This document shows positions 1 through 12,700 of a stretch of 64,000 nt of DNA, one piece after another. The notes under the pieces were generated by a model, which did no database searches, was not told the origin of the DNA, and saw only the letters and a program-made list of their open reading frames with translations. Source of the stretch: Bilabrum cf. latius. Its lineage: Eukaryota. Each line of letters opens with the position of its first letter. Position 1 is the first letter of the stretch. The stretch covers positions 186,001 to 250,000 of the forward strand of contig OZ237767.1 in assembly GCA_965178125.1 (NCBI GenBank). The letters are read 5' to 3'. Position numbers and translations under genes: made by a program.

Positions 1-2
1 TG

Positions 3-1957
3 GCTACTCCTTTTTCATATACTGGGAAATTTGACACAAAGCTAAGCGTTTCAGGCGCGCAGAGGGGGTTCACGTACTCGGATGCTGCAGGCGCCCTGGA
101 CCTCATGGACAGTTAGCCTGGCACAGACACAGCTCCCTAGGATAAACCCAGTGAGACAATTTACCATCGCATCTTGAGCGCTCCCGTGAAATTTGTTTGC
201 GGGCCTTGCAAGGTCAGGGTTAGGGTGAGCATTCCTCGATTCGTTCAAACTCGTGCTATGTTGTTCCCATCCCCTTGCCATGAAAGCCTATCATATTGTG
301 CAGTACCTCCCCCCGTTGATGACAACCTCAATGACGACGAAGAAGAGCACGAACAAAGTGGCCACGATTCAAGTGACGCTATAGATGTAGTCAGTTCTAG
401 TAGCGATAGCAGCAGCGTCGGGCTTCAATCAGAAGAACTACAAGAATTGAATGTGAGCGATGGATCGGCTTCTGATCAGCAGGACGGCTCAATTCCAACA
501 ATCCACGAATCCTGGAGTGATCTAGACCGGCCTGCTTAGGTGGAGCACGGCCACCTTTCCAGGGATACCCAAGGCAATGACGCGCACGAAATGTGCGCAA
601 CAGCGACATTGTCGGCTGATACTGGAGGCGGCTTGGCAATGCCGGCTCATATGTCTGTAGATAGGGGGCCTCGACTGGAACCAGTTCAAGAGAGCACCTT
701 TGTTCCGGTTTCGCGGAGGCCGCCGACGTGGGCGCCCGCAACCACAAGGGTGCGCTCTCGTCCCCTGCCCCCACCACCTTCCGTCCTGCCGAGCTTCTCA
801 CTGCTGGAGCTCAAGTCGATCACCCGACAGCTTGACATGACCATGCAGCTGGCTGATCTGGTACCCGTGAGGACCATCGGGGTGGGCACGTTCGGGCGGG
901 TGAGGATGGTGCGGGACAGGAGGACGGGCAAGCTGTACGCTCTCAAGACGCTGCGGAAAGCCACGGTCGTTCGCTTGCGGCAGCAGCGCAACGTCTGCTA
1001 CGAGAAGGCGGTGCTTGCCGCCATCCGTCACCCGTTCCTAATCCAACTGCAGGCCGCTTTCCAAGACGAGGAGTGCATGTACCTGGTGCTGGAGCTGGTG
1101 CAAGGCATCTAGATGTCCAGAGTGATCGGGACAGATGAGTTTCATTCCGAATCCCAGGCTCGATTTCTCGGTGCCCAGATGCTCTGCGGGCTTGCGCACC
1201 TGCACCTCCGCCGGGTCCTATACCGCGGGCTCGAGGTAAGAGAGCAAGACTGAATCCTGTCTGCAATCGTGTGGAAAATGCCTATTATTACGCATCACTC
1301 CCTGCTCCCCCTGCCCATGCCTCCTGCCTCCTCTCCTGCTCGCAGCCAGCAAACGCAGTCATCGGACCCGATGGATATCTGAACATGCGAAACTTCATGC
1401 AGTCGAAGCCGCTTCCGGCAGGGGCAAAGACCTGGACCTTCTGTGGCAATCCGGATCGAATGCCGCCGGAGTGTTTGCTTGGCCTCGGGCACAACGAAGG
1501 CGCCGATTACTGGGCGCTCGGCGTGCTCATCTATGAGATGATCTCCGGAAAGAACCCGTTCGCATCGGACGACAGCGATCCCATGAAAGTCTCCCACAAC
1601 ATCATTTTCGAGGATGTGCTCGCTTCAAGAGGTCCGCTTCCCGCCCCACTTGCGGTATCCTCACCTGCTGCGCTGGACCTGGTGCGCGGACTGCTGCGAA
1701 AGTCCCAGTCAGACCGTCTCGGCTGCCACAGTGAGGGAGCAGTCGAGATCCTGTAGCACGAGTGGTTCTCGGCGATCGACTTCGGCAAGCTGCTCCGCAA
1801 GGAGATAGAGGCGCCCTGGGTGCCTAAGCTAGAGTCCGAGGACGATGGCGCACAAGTTTTCGAAGAGCAAGTCGTATACTCGGATGAAGAGGAGGGGGAC
1901 GAGGTAGAGTAGGAGATGTGTACTGGTGAATCCATGGAGTGGTGCAGACACTTTTGA
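3..1957 (+). CDS. AGC-family (PKA/PKG-like) kinase-domain protein, predicted pseudokinase; possibly 5'-partial; intron 1236-1345
   Basis: The frame is open from the window start (ATG at 105 is an alternative start) when TAG at 114, 138, 537, 1110, 1754 and 1910 is read through. GxGxFGxV and ALK motifs are present. A GTAAG..GCAG intron joins YRGLE|PAN. It has an AGC C-tail (HEWF..IEAPWVPKL) and ends TGA 1955-1957. A further intron near 213-303 is possible but unverified. Confidence 0.75.
1236..1345 (+). other. Spliceosomal intron (110 nt)
   Basis: GAG|GTAAGA donor, pyrimidine tract, CGCAG|CCA acceptor; same position as the intron in the paralog (RDLK|PEN). Confidence 0.85.
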
Positions 1958-2160
1958 GATTGCCTGCCTGAGTGCACTGCAGTTGCACATCGTTGACGTG
2001 GTGCTTGCGTCTTCTTGCGTGGATCTTGCTTGCACTACGATACCATGTGCGCTTCGGCAAGTGACGAGCGGAGCATGTAGTGATGAACTCGCCATGCACG
2101 CAAGGTTGCAACCGCTGTCGCACCGATTCCCATAAATTCCCATTCAATCAAAAAGTCACG

Positions 2161-5100
2161 TCAGAAGTCCTTGCACCATTTCAAATCGGTACCTGGCTGC
2201 AACCTCTCCTCCTCTTCTTCCTCCTCCTCCTCATCCGAGTAGTCATCGAAGAACTGCGTGTCGTCCTCGGACTCGAGCTTGGGCACCCAGGGCGCCTCTA
2301 TCTCCTTGCGGAGCAGCTTGCCGAAGTCGATCGCCGAGAACCACTCGTGCTACAGGATCTCAGACACGCCTGCACGGCGGCAGCCGAGACGGTCCGACAA
2401 TCGTTTCTGCAGCAGCCCGCGGACGAGCCTCACCGCACCTGGCGACTCGTCCTCCACTTCCTCGGGGAACTCCAACGTAGTGTCAGAGTTCAGAATCCGC
2501 TTGAAAATCTTAACCTGGTCTCCATCATCGACCGCGAACGGGCTGTCACCAGACAGCATCTCGTAGATGAGCACGCCGAGGGCCCAGTAATCGGCGCCCT
2601 CGTTGTGGCCCTTGGAGAGCAAGCACTCTGGGGCCAGGAAATCGGGGGTCCCGCACAGCGTCCGCGTCATGGACCCGGCCGGGACATACTTTGAAAATCC
2701 AAAATCGCATATCCGGATGTACCCCTCCTTGTCCAAGAGGAGGTTCTCGGGCTGCGGTGGATGGAAGGATGAAGGGGGAAAGCAAACCAGGGGAGCAGTG
2801 ATTGCTGCTCAGTAGAAACAAGGCAGCACAAAGAGTGAGCGCAGCGCAGAAACAGCATGCGCATAAGCAGCTGCGCAGACATAGTCGTTCATTTCCGGTC
2901 GTTTCCCTTACCTTTAGGTCCCTGTACAGGATCCTCCTCTCGTGCAGATGGGCCAGCCCGCTCAGCACGCAGGCAGCGTAGAAACGAGCGGATGCTTCCG
3001 GCAGAATCTCTTCTGTCTCTAGCAGCCCGAACAACTCACCGCCTTGCACCAGCTCCAGCACCAGGTACATGCACTCCTCGTCCTGAAATGCGGCCTGCAG
3101 CTGGATCAGGAACGGGTGGCGGATGGCGGCAAGCACCGCCTTTTCGTAGCAGACGTTGCGCTGCTGCCGCAAGCGAACGACCGTGGCTTTCCGCAGCGTC
3201 TTGAGAGCGTACAGCTTGCCCGTCCTCCTGTCTCGCACCATCCTCACCCGCCCGAACGTGCCCACCCCGATGGTCCTCACGGGCACCAGGTCAGTTCGCT
3301 TCATTTCGGTGTCTAGCTGTCGGGCGATGGATTTGAGTGCAGGCAAAGAAGAGCCCGCGTCGATGAGGATCGAATCGTCTGCGGGCTTGGACTTGCTGCC
3401 TCCTGCCCCTCCCATGGCCATGTCAAAGTCACCTCGCCTGCCACTGCCCTTGACACCGATCTCCGCCGCTCGCATGCCCCTTCTTCTGGCACTCGTCATG
3501 CCGCTCCTGTGCCTTCCAGAGTCGGGGCCTGCGGAATCCGCCGATGCTCGTTTCAGGTCCAGCTTGGGCATGCCCCCAGGCCGGCGAGATCCACTGCCGC
3601 CTGCATCGGCGCCAGCTGCTCCCGAGCCACGCGCACCTGCGTCATCGCCATCATCATGGGCATCGGAATGCAGGTCTTCTTCTTCGTCCAGCCCAGTGCC
3701 GCCCCAAGATGGACCCACGAGATCTGCGTGGGCCGGTGAGTTGCCTCGCACCGCCGCGGTGGAGTGCACGGCAACCGTGCCCAATCCCAAGGATGTCCCG
3801 CTGATGGCCGTCGCAGCCTCGTGCAGGTCATCCGACCGGGAGCCGGAGCTCACACGGGAGGACCCGGCGGCTACCTCGGTTCTCGCGACTGCATGCCTGC
3901 CTCGGATCGATCCCTGCGAAACCACCTTTGTTCTCTCATAGGGGCCTGACCCGCTCGCGTCACCGCTGACGACACTGCCGTCATTGTCCTCCATGTCACC
4001 GGACACCTCGATCCTGCTACCCCTTCCAGAATCGTCGCCCGATTTGTCGTTCGTTGCTGCCGCCAGGGCCGCAGCAAGCCCGCCCCTCTTGCCACCTTTT
4101 AGGCTCCCCCCGCTTCCCGATGACACGCGAAAGCTGTCCGCGGGGCGCAGGGACCGCGGCAGCCCCATCGCCGCCACGTCGGCTGCGTCCATCCGCCTTA
4201 GGTAGGCAGACACGGACCCCACCACCTCCATGAACTGGCTCCTCTCCAGTGCCAGTACGGTGACCGATTCGGACGCGACCTGGATCGTGTGCTCGCAGGG
4301 CGCCCGGGCGGCAAGCAGCTGCTTGTCGCCGAAATAGTCGGAAGAGGACAGCTGCCCGGCAGGGTTCGATCCCGCGCTGCCGGGATCTGCATGCATCGCG
4401 CTGGCCTCGTCCACTGGCGACAGTCCGATGGAGCTGAGCACCGCAGTGCCGTGCATCTCCATGGCCCCGTCCCTCACGATGCAGAAAGGGCACTCGATTT
4501 CTCCTTTCCTGCAGAGCACGTCTCCCTTAGTGAAGGACCTAGTCTCGACCTTGGCTGCCACTGCCTCTCTCTCCTTCTTGGTCAGGGCGGAGAACAGAGG
4601 CACGGAACGCAGCACGTTCACGGTCATGTTCCGATCCATGACGTCAGCGAGAGGGCCCAGCATCTTGTCCACGTCCTCTCGGCTCAGCCGAAGCAGCACG
4701 GCGTCGGGCTCAGCCCCGGTGCTCGACGCGCCTCCCGCTCGCGCTGCACTGCCACTGCCGCTGCTTGGCTCCACCACCACGTCCGCCGCCCTCCTGTCGT
4801 CAAGCATCAAGGCCCGCTCGCCCACGCACGACCCCGCCTGCAAGACCACGTCGGCGATCTTTCTGGCTCCGGATCCGATGTTGGTGCAGCGCACGCTGCC
4901 CTTCTTGATGAAGTACATGGAGTCTCCGTGGTCGCCCTTCTTGATGACCCGGTCACCTGCCCTGAAGGTGTGCTCGGTCACACTCAGCGCCACTCTGCCC
5001 AGCTGCTCCGCCGTCAGTTTCTGGAGGATGGACACCTGCTTGAGGGCCTCCCTGGTCTCGCCCAAGCTGCGGGCCGAGTGACGGGCGAGCACCCGGCGCA

Positions 5101-6598
5101 GAGTCGCCGCGTCCATCGAGTAGACCTTCACTCCCGACGGCCCGGCCCTGACGGTTTCCCCCCTGGGCCGGTCGTACACCAGCGCCGACTCCCCGAAGCT
5201 GTCACCGGGGCCCAGCTTCCTGGCGATGTCGCCCTCAACGGACTGCATCATCACCGTGCTGTCCACCGTTGCGTCTGCCACAGCCGCCACCGGGGTGTGG
5301 GAACCGTCGCCACCGTCAGACTCCAGCGAATCGGAGCCCGAGGAGCCGCCCGTGGGGTCGGTCAGGTCGCGAGGGGCGGCGGCAGTGCCGACATCGACAC
5401 CCGATGCGGAACGACGGCTCCCACCGGGCGTCACACTCGTCACACCAATGGCGTCTGCATGGGCTGAGGGCGTGGGCCGCATGCCGAGGATTGTGCGAAC
5501 ATCCAGCGAACCTTCGCCGACGACGATGAACCTCCCGGCGAGCGGGCCGCTCGCCTCCAACCCCCCATGCCCTGCACCAGCAGTGGACGAGCGCCGCAGC
5601 CGAGCCGGGGAGGCTGCCTGCACGCTGCCTGCCGTGCTACTTCCTTTGGAGCCCCGCCTCTGCTGCGCGTCTCCGGCTGCACCCGGGGAGGAATCCCTGC
5701 TGCCCCCACCGTGGGGGGGGATTGGCGAGGAGGCACCCCCGTCGCCGTCCCTCGACGACACAGCGCTGGGGTATGGCGTCGTTGCGAGTCCTCGGATAGA
5801 AGCCCCTGGAGACTTCAAAAATGATGGAGCTTCCGTTCCCATGGCGATGCTGCCGAGCACGGAACCGCCGCCCGCTGCTGTCGCGGAGTCCATGCCGCAG
5901 TCTGCGAGCAAAGCGCCGGGCTCGAATTCTGTGGGCTCCAGCGCGGCCACGACGTCGCTAAGTTCAGCAGGCCGAAGCGATTTAAAGAAGAAATGTTTCG
6001 TGAGAGCCGACGTCAGGGCACTTCGCTCGTCGTCCGATTTCGGGTAGTTTGGAACGCCCGCGGCCGCGTCTGGGCCACCGTGCACTCCGCTGCCGTCTCC
6101 GGTACCACCTTCTGTCGTGTCTTCCAGCGACTCATCGCCATAAATAACAACCTCCTTCGCTCGAGACGATGCGTACGATCGACCGCCCCTGGATCGACCA
6201 GAGACGGAAGCTGTGAGCCCACCACCGGACCGCCTCACCGCTCCAGAGCGGGCACCAGCCGGAGAACCCGAAGACTGCGGGCTAGCAAACCCAGACCCTG
6301 ACGGAGATACCATAACATGCCCATGGCTTTGGTGCGGGCTGGGCGCAGTCCTTCCTGGGACAGAATACTCAGGCGACCCAAGCAGCCGAGGGGAAGCCCC
6401 AGCCTATCGAAACGACACGGTTGGGCCAATCCTGCCTCCAGAACGCCTAGGCGAAGCTGCACTCATATCATGGTGAGAGGCAGCAGTGCGTAGTACTGGT
6501 TTTGGCATGCCAGCGCGTGTAGAACTCTCGCCAGTCGTAGGTAGCCGCGGGCCGCCTGGATCATTATCTCGGTTGATCCTACTATGCCGTGTTGACAT
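2161..6598 (-). CDS. cGMP-dependent protein kinase-like protein (about 3 cNMP-binding domains + AGC kinase), ~1425 aa; intron 2752-2911
   Basis: ATG at 6598, with an upstream in-frame TAA at 6617-6619. cNMP motifs (GDSFGESAL..PRGETV; GSCVGERAL..RRAADV; DYFGDKQL). Kinase motifs GVGTFGRV, ALK, YRDLK|PEN, DFG, TLCGTPDFLAPE, DYWALG. In-frame TAG at 6404 and 2350. Ends TGA 2161-2163. Confidence 0.88.
2752..2911 (-). other. Spliceosomal intron (160 nt)
   Basis: AAG|GTAAGG donor and CCGCAG|CCC acceptor restore the YRDLKPENLLL catalytic loop. Confidence 0.9.
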
Positions 6599-7004
6599 CA
6601 CGTCAAAAGGTTCTCTTTAAAGAGCGCCCAGGTCTTCAAGCAATTCCAGTTTCGCAAATTCGAGAGCGCAGCGGCTAGCTGTTGAATGCAGCGAGTATGA
6701 TTTTTAATACTTGTGCACGTTACTATGGTAAGAATGCAAAGGCTCTCAAGTCCCAGTTTACGACTCCTTTGACTCGATTATACTCCAAATTACAGTCTAT
6801 ATTGATAAACGCATATATTGTGTTACCTCTATCGCTGTGAAGGCGGCAGTTTGCTTGCTTGTGTGTTGTTTTGCAACTCAAGAACAAGTCGGCTGAACGA
6901 TGCCCCGAAAGGATGCGTCAGGAGGCTCTGGCGATCAAGATGTAAAGTAGCAGCTAAAAGCGCTAACCCTGGCTGTCCAGGGCATCTCTGAAAAGCTTGA
7001 AAGC

Positions 7005-9014
7005 ATGTCACCTCATGCTGCTAGTACTGCATCACCTGCGCGAGCCGCATCACCAGCGCGATCGGCCACCGCTGAGCACCGAGTCGTGCTTGACTCTGCC
7101 ACTGCAAAGAGCAGGCCCGCCCTGGAAACTACGGCTCTAACTAGAGTTCTATCACAGACGAGCGACTCTGGCCGCTCGATGGACGAGGAGCAGGAGCTCC
7201 TTCGACAGCTGCGACCTCAGTTCTATCCTCACACGCCAAGGGCGAGGAAAGACAAGATAGAATCGATCATCGGAGCGCGGGACGACAAGATCCAATTGGA
7301 AGGCATGGAAGGAATCTTCAATCTCTCCGGACTGCTGCTGGGCTTCGCCTTCTTCTACCTGGTCCTGCGCAACCTCAACCAGTACGGCCTCCGGTTCAAC
7401 TTGGACACGTTCTGGTGCTCTGGAGCTCCCAGGGACTTTGCGCTGGCGGCACTGTCCCTCCTGCCCGCGGGCATTCTGACATGTTGCGTGTTCCTGACGG
7501 AATACGCGTTCGTGCACGGCTACATTGGCGCCAGCGCGATGGTGGCTCTGTACGTGATCTGCAATGCACTGCACCTCGTGGTGCCATGCATCGTCTCCTA
7601 CAACACCCAGATCGCCCCCCTGGCTATGGCACTCGTGCTCCTCGCCGTCCTGATCCTCATGCTCAAAAATCACTCATACGTCGCCACCAACTTCGCCATG
7701 AGGCTGGAGACCCTCGTCCTCAAGCACGAGGAGGAGGAGGCCGAGAGGAAGGCGTCCTCTGGTTCCCTCAAGGAGCTGGCCTGCAAACAAGGGGAGGCGT
7801 CCTCTGGTTCCCTCAAGGAGCTGGCCTGCAAACAAGGGGAGGCGTCCTCTGGTTCCCTCAAGGAGCTGGCCTGCAAACAAGGGGAGGTGCAGAAGCTGGT
7901 GCCGGGAGGGCAGGAGGGGGTCCGGAATCGAAAGGGGGCAGCAAGGACCGGAGACGCTGCTGCAGGCGAGGAACAGGGCGAACAAGAGGAGGAGAGGAAG
8001 GACGGCGATGAAGGCGAAGACGAGGAAGATGGCGGTTTGAGTGGGACCGGACTAGAGTCTGACTCATCCGATAGCTCTCAGCTGGCTCCGAAGCACCTGC
8101 TCAAAGCAGCGGTGCACGCAGCCACTCTGCACACATCCTTGAAGAGGTTGCAGGGAGGCAACAGCAAGGGGCAAAGGAAAGCTCTGCTCTAGTTTCCCAA
8201 CAACGTCCGGTTCTCTCAGTTTCTATACTTTGTATTCGCTCCTACGCTGGTGTACGAGCCACTATATCCCAGGAGCGCAGGTCCGATCAGGTGGATGTAC
8301 GTCCTGCAGAAACTGGCCGAGGGAGGGCTGTGCCTGGCGGGGCAGATCTTCCTAATGGGGCAATTCATCGGGCCAGTACTGTCGAAGCTAGGTGCCGCGG
8401 ATGCAGGCGTGTTGTCTATTGCGATGGCATTCGGGAAGCTGGCCATCCCTGTGTTTGTGACGTGGCTGCTTGGCTTTTACCAGCTCTTCCACGTTCATTT
8501 GAACGTGGTGGCTGAGCTCATGCGGTTCGCGGATCGGGAGTTCTTCGGCCAATGGTGGTCGGCCACCACCCTTCGTGATTTCTGGGCCACGTGGAACCGA
8601 CCCGTGGGAGAGCTGTGCTTGCGTCACTTCTACGTTGAGCTGACTCACTTCACCAGCGCGTCGAAAGAAGCTGCCATGGTCGCGACGTTTAGCGTCAGCG
8701 CTGTGCTGCACGAGGTCATCTTTTCCGTGGCCTTCAAGACAATCCAACCTTTCTTCTTTTTGGGGATGTTGGCTCAAATTCCCCTTATTATCTTGTCGAG
8801 GGGACTCAAGGGCACGAAACGGGGCAATCTTCTCATGTGGCTCCACCTTTTCATTGGTTTCCCCGGACTCATGATCCTGTATTCAATTGACTACCACCGG
8901 GAGAGGGATAGGTTCTTCTGCATGCCTTTGAGAGAAGGGTGGGACGACGGAATCGATGGGGGTGCCGGAGCGGTCGGGGCACTGCAGCTGGCATACGCGT
9001 ACCTGACGGCATGA
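7005..9014 (+). CDS. DGAT1: MBOAT acyltransferase, DGAT1/sterol O-acyltransferase family, ~669 aa
   Basis: ORFs 7005-8192 and 8250-9014 are in the same frame, separated by one TAG (8190-8192) in 'LL*FPNNVRFSQFLYFVFAPTLVYEPLYPRS'. Motifs LKNHSY, RFADREFFGQWW, FWATWNRPV and SAVLHE (catalytic His); many TM segments; ends TGA. Confidence 0.85.
7752..7886 (+). repeat. Coding tandem repeat, 45 bp x3 (ASSGSLKELACKQGE)
   Basis: Three identical copies of GCGTCCTCTGGTTCCCTCAAGGAGCTGGCCTGCAAACAAGGGGAG. Confidence 0.95.
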
Positions 9015-9360
9015 GATACTGAGGGTCTGTGAGAGTTGTGCCTGTTGCTGCAGTTGTAGCTGTAGGAATATATATCTATTCTCCAATCTCCATCTCGGGC
9101 TACTGCCGCTACTAACCCTAACCAGGATGTGCCGAGCCAACGGATCAACAACAGAAATACCCCGCTTCGCCGTTGGGAGAAGAAACCTGCCACCTTGCTC
9201 TGCAGCCCGCCTGCTGCCCTAGTGGACAATGACTCGAGCTCGGGGGAAGGATGTAGTTCCGTGCCTCCAGCGGACCCCAAATCGTAAGGCTGTGGCCCAG
9301 CCTCCAAGGCCTCGTTGAACACAGGGTAGTTGCGGCTGTACGAATGCTCGTGTCGCCGAT

Positions 9361-9632
9361 CGCGAGAGGGACAGGTTCTTCTGCATGCCATTAAGTTAAG
9401 GGAGGGGTGGGACGACGGAAACGACGGAGAGAGTCCTAGGTTTTACTGCATGCCATTGAGGGACGGGTGGGAGGACGGGATCCGATCGATGGGGGTGCTG
9501 GGGCGGCCGGGGCACTAAAGCTGGCCTACGCGTTCCTGACAGCGTAACAGAGGCACTGCGGGCCATCTCTTGTGGATGCGGCAGCGGCACGACTCGCGCC
9601 TGTTGCTTGCAGCTACAGAAATATATTTCTAA
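9361..9632 (+). pseudogene. Two degenerate partial duplicates of the MBOAT gene 3' end and 3' flank
   Basis: 9361-9424 and 9438-9632 resemble 8898-9080 (GAGAGGGA.AGGTTCTTCTGCATGCC..GGGTGGGACGACGGAA; CTGGCCTACGCGTTCCTGACAGCGTAA; AATATAT.TCTA), with indels. Confidence 0.75.
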
Positions 9633-9766
9633 GTTAGCTAATGTTCCTTCAGATAAATAGCCGTTGGTGACGACTAAACAAACAGAATTCCCCGCAAACA
9701 TGAATGGCTCATCCAAGTTTGCGGCTGAGCAGAGTTTTACCAGCCTTGCTCAACCTGATTTAGATC

Positions 9767-12700
9767 TTAGACAGCCTCCCCAAGAGAAGCTGCCTTTGTC
9801 TTAGCTACAAGGTAGTGCGACTCGTCTTGTTCAGCGCTAGCAGCTGCCGATGCCACAGTGGGGTTGTCGGTAAGCCCGGAGCCTCCCTACTTCGTAGGCT
9901 CGCGTATCTCCTTCCCTGTGGCCTCTTCCTCTGACCCCGAGTCCTCGTCATCGGAAGGAGGAGTGATGTGCATGGAATTAATCCTTTGCACCGCCTTCTT
10001 CCGGCTGTTTGTCATGCTTAAGGGGTTCAGCCCTGCCGCTGCGTCCAACCTGCCAGCTCTCGACGCGGCCAGCACGGCTGCTGCCGCTGCCTGCTCGCTC
10101 CGTCCCGTATGTGCCTTTGTGACAGTTGGAGTGCCGTCCTTGCCGAGGGTGTGCCGCAGCTGCTTTGCTGCGTTGGCCGCCTCGTCCTGCTGCGCCTCAG
10201 CTTTCGCCATCTCCTCCATCTCCGCGTCCGTCAGCGGCTCTGCAGTGAACGCCACGTACGCAAACGCCACAACGAATGCAAGCACCACAATGACGATGCA
10301 CGCACCGACCGCGGTGGCAGCAGTACTCGAGTCCTGCCCGTCTTGCTCCGTGATGATGACGGTTCCGGTGAGAATGGTGATGAAGCCGATCAGCATCGCG
10401 ATGTATCCGATCGACTTGTGGAGCACCTCCCACATGATGCGGGCGGTGGTGCGCTCCGCCGTCTTGGATGCTGGCCCAGCTGGCCGCAGCAGTGCGTTAA
10501 TTGGCTGCGCGATCCCGAGAGCAAACGTGATGACACCCATGACTCCGTGCGTGTAGTTGAAATGAGGCCCCTCCACAGCCGCGAAGGCTAAGGAGAGCCC
10601 CACGATGGAGCAGATGACCGCCAGGGCATTCACTGCCCTGTGCAACTGGAACACCATCGCCACCACGCCGCACCTCGCCTCGTCCTTGTCAAAGAAACGG
10701 ATCAGGAACACGCTCATTGGAATGAGGATGCCCCACGACACCCCCATCAATACGCCGTGCACCTTCTTCAGCATCGACACGGGCACGAACTCCACATCAC
10801 CAGAGGACAGGTCGACCTTGACCGATCCCCTATTTGCACCGTGGTACGCCCCAGCGCCCTCAATGTTTTTGTTCCCTGCAGAACCATAGGCCCACGTGAG
10901 GTGCAGCGTTCCCTCGTCCTCGCTGGCCGGGAGGTCGGGGCTGTCTGACGACACCATCCCTGTGCTCGCCGCGCTGGCTGGTGCTGTGGCATTGGATGGC
11001 GCAGTCACGGAGGATGACGGCTTGAGGACCCTGGTGAATTCAAGCACCCATTCGCCCTCTCTGTCCCTCCTCTCCCTCACGTCCACCCCAATGACGTCGC
11101 CCGCAGGGGCCTTGCGCTGCACTCCGCCCTCTTGCACCCCTGACTTGCCGGTGAGTACGTACTCCCGGATCTTTTCGTTCGCGGCCAGCTGGCCGGGCCA
11201 GGCCACGATGGCGTGTGTCCCGATCATTCCTTTCCCTTGGGTGTTGAAGCCCACAGAGAACCAGGGCACTTCGCCCTCGCCGTCCCACACCACCCTTGCA
11301 TGCAGGTATGTCTCTCCCGCGCTCTCTGGCCTCCGCCTCGCAGTCGCAGCGTCATTCGTGTCTGGCTGCAAGGCGTCGCTCAGGAACCAGCGGATTTGCA
11401 GGCCGGGGTTCAGCCTCACCCTGTGCCTGAACTCGTTGTTCTCTAGCGTGGGTAGGCCGGTGGGTGGGATGGGTGCGATGGCTTCCACGATCCTCAGGGA
11501 GGCTGGGTCCACCGCGGCGCCGATGGTTCCGCTGGTGCGCAGCGCCGAGGTCGGGTCAAGCACCTGCCTGTACAGCTCGGTTGCAATGTTCTCGTAGCCA
11601 TCTTGCGTGTCATTTCGGGTTGGCAAGACGGCAAAATCCACAACGACGGACCCACGACTCAGCGATCGCACCAGGATCCGATCCGGAGACAGTCCGAGCG
11701 ATTCCCCGACATCCCGCTGGAAATCCGCCGTGAATCCTTCCTCGTCCAGCAGCATCTGGTCGAAATCAAGCTCGAGCCGCAGGGAGAACACCAAGGTGGC
11801 GATGCCCACGGGAGCCTCGTCGTCGTCCCCGAAATCGACGCCTGACGAAACGTCAGGGAACAGGCACATGACACCCTCGTCGCCCACGGCGTCCACCGTC
11901 TGGAACCCCTACACGCACTCGTCACACCTCGATCCACCATATCCGAGTTCGCAGACGCATGCCAGCCGCTCCGGAAGCTATTCGCCAGTCACGTTGGCCG
12001 CCATCGCAAGGTCGTAGGCGCACTGGCCCCGCCCCGAGCACGTGCTGCTCGCTTCGCATGTCTCCTGTGGGACCAGCTGAACGGACACCCGGCCCTTGCC
12101 CTTGCCTCCGTGGTAGCCCAATGCCCCGGTCCCCTGCTTGCCGTCCGCCTCTCGGCCCATGGCGTAGATGAAGCGAGTCTCAGCTCCGTCGTCCAGCTCG
12201 AGAGGGGCGCCGTCTGCCGACCTGTCAGGCGGCGAGACTGCGAGCTTAAACAGCAGCACCATATTGAAGCCGTCCTCATCGGCGGGGGTCCCTGCAGGAG
12301 GTGGCCCAGTGTACCACTGCCCCGCAGCGAGCGGGCTGGTGGCGGCTGACTGGGACGACGACTGCACAGCCGATTTGCCCATTGTTTCGAGATTGACCAG
12401 GTCGTAGAGCACCGGCACGGTCTGGTTCTGCAGACCAACCACGGCTCGGCCCGTCCCAGCGCTCAGCATGAGTCCCCCGGGTGATACGGCTAGTCCCATC
12501 CAGGTGTTGGTTGGGTGCCTCATCTCCAGCTGAATCCACACGTGCGTCGACTCGACTCCATTGGGAGCCAGCCATCGCATCCTGAGCTCTTCTTGCACCA
12601 GATCAACAACCTGTGCCGCGGGGAAATCGACGATTCCATCGAAAGTCTCGTCCAGCACAGCGTCTCTCGTCACGTTGAGTGCTGTTGCAGCAGCGGACCG

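Noticed and set aside
213-230. TTAGGG telomere-like motif
   Set aside because: A single copy, not an array.
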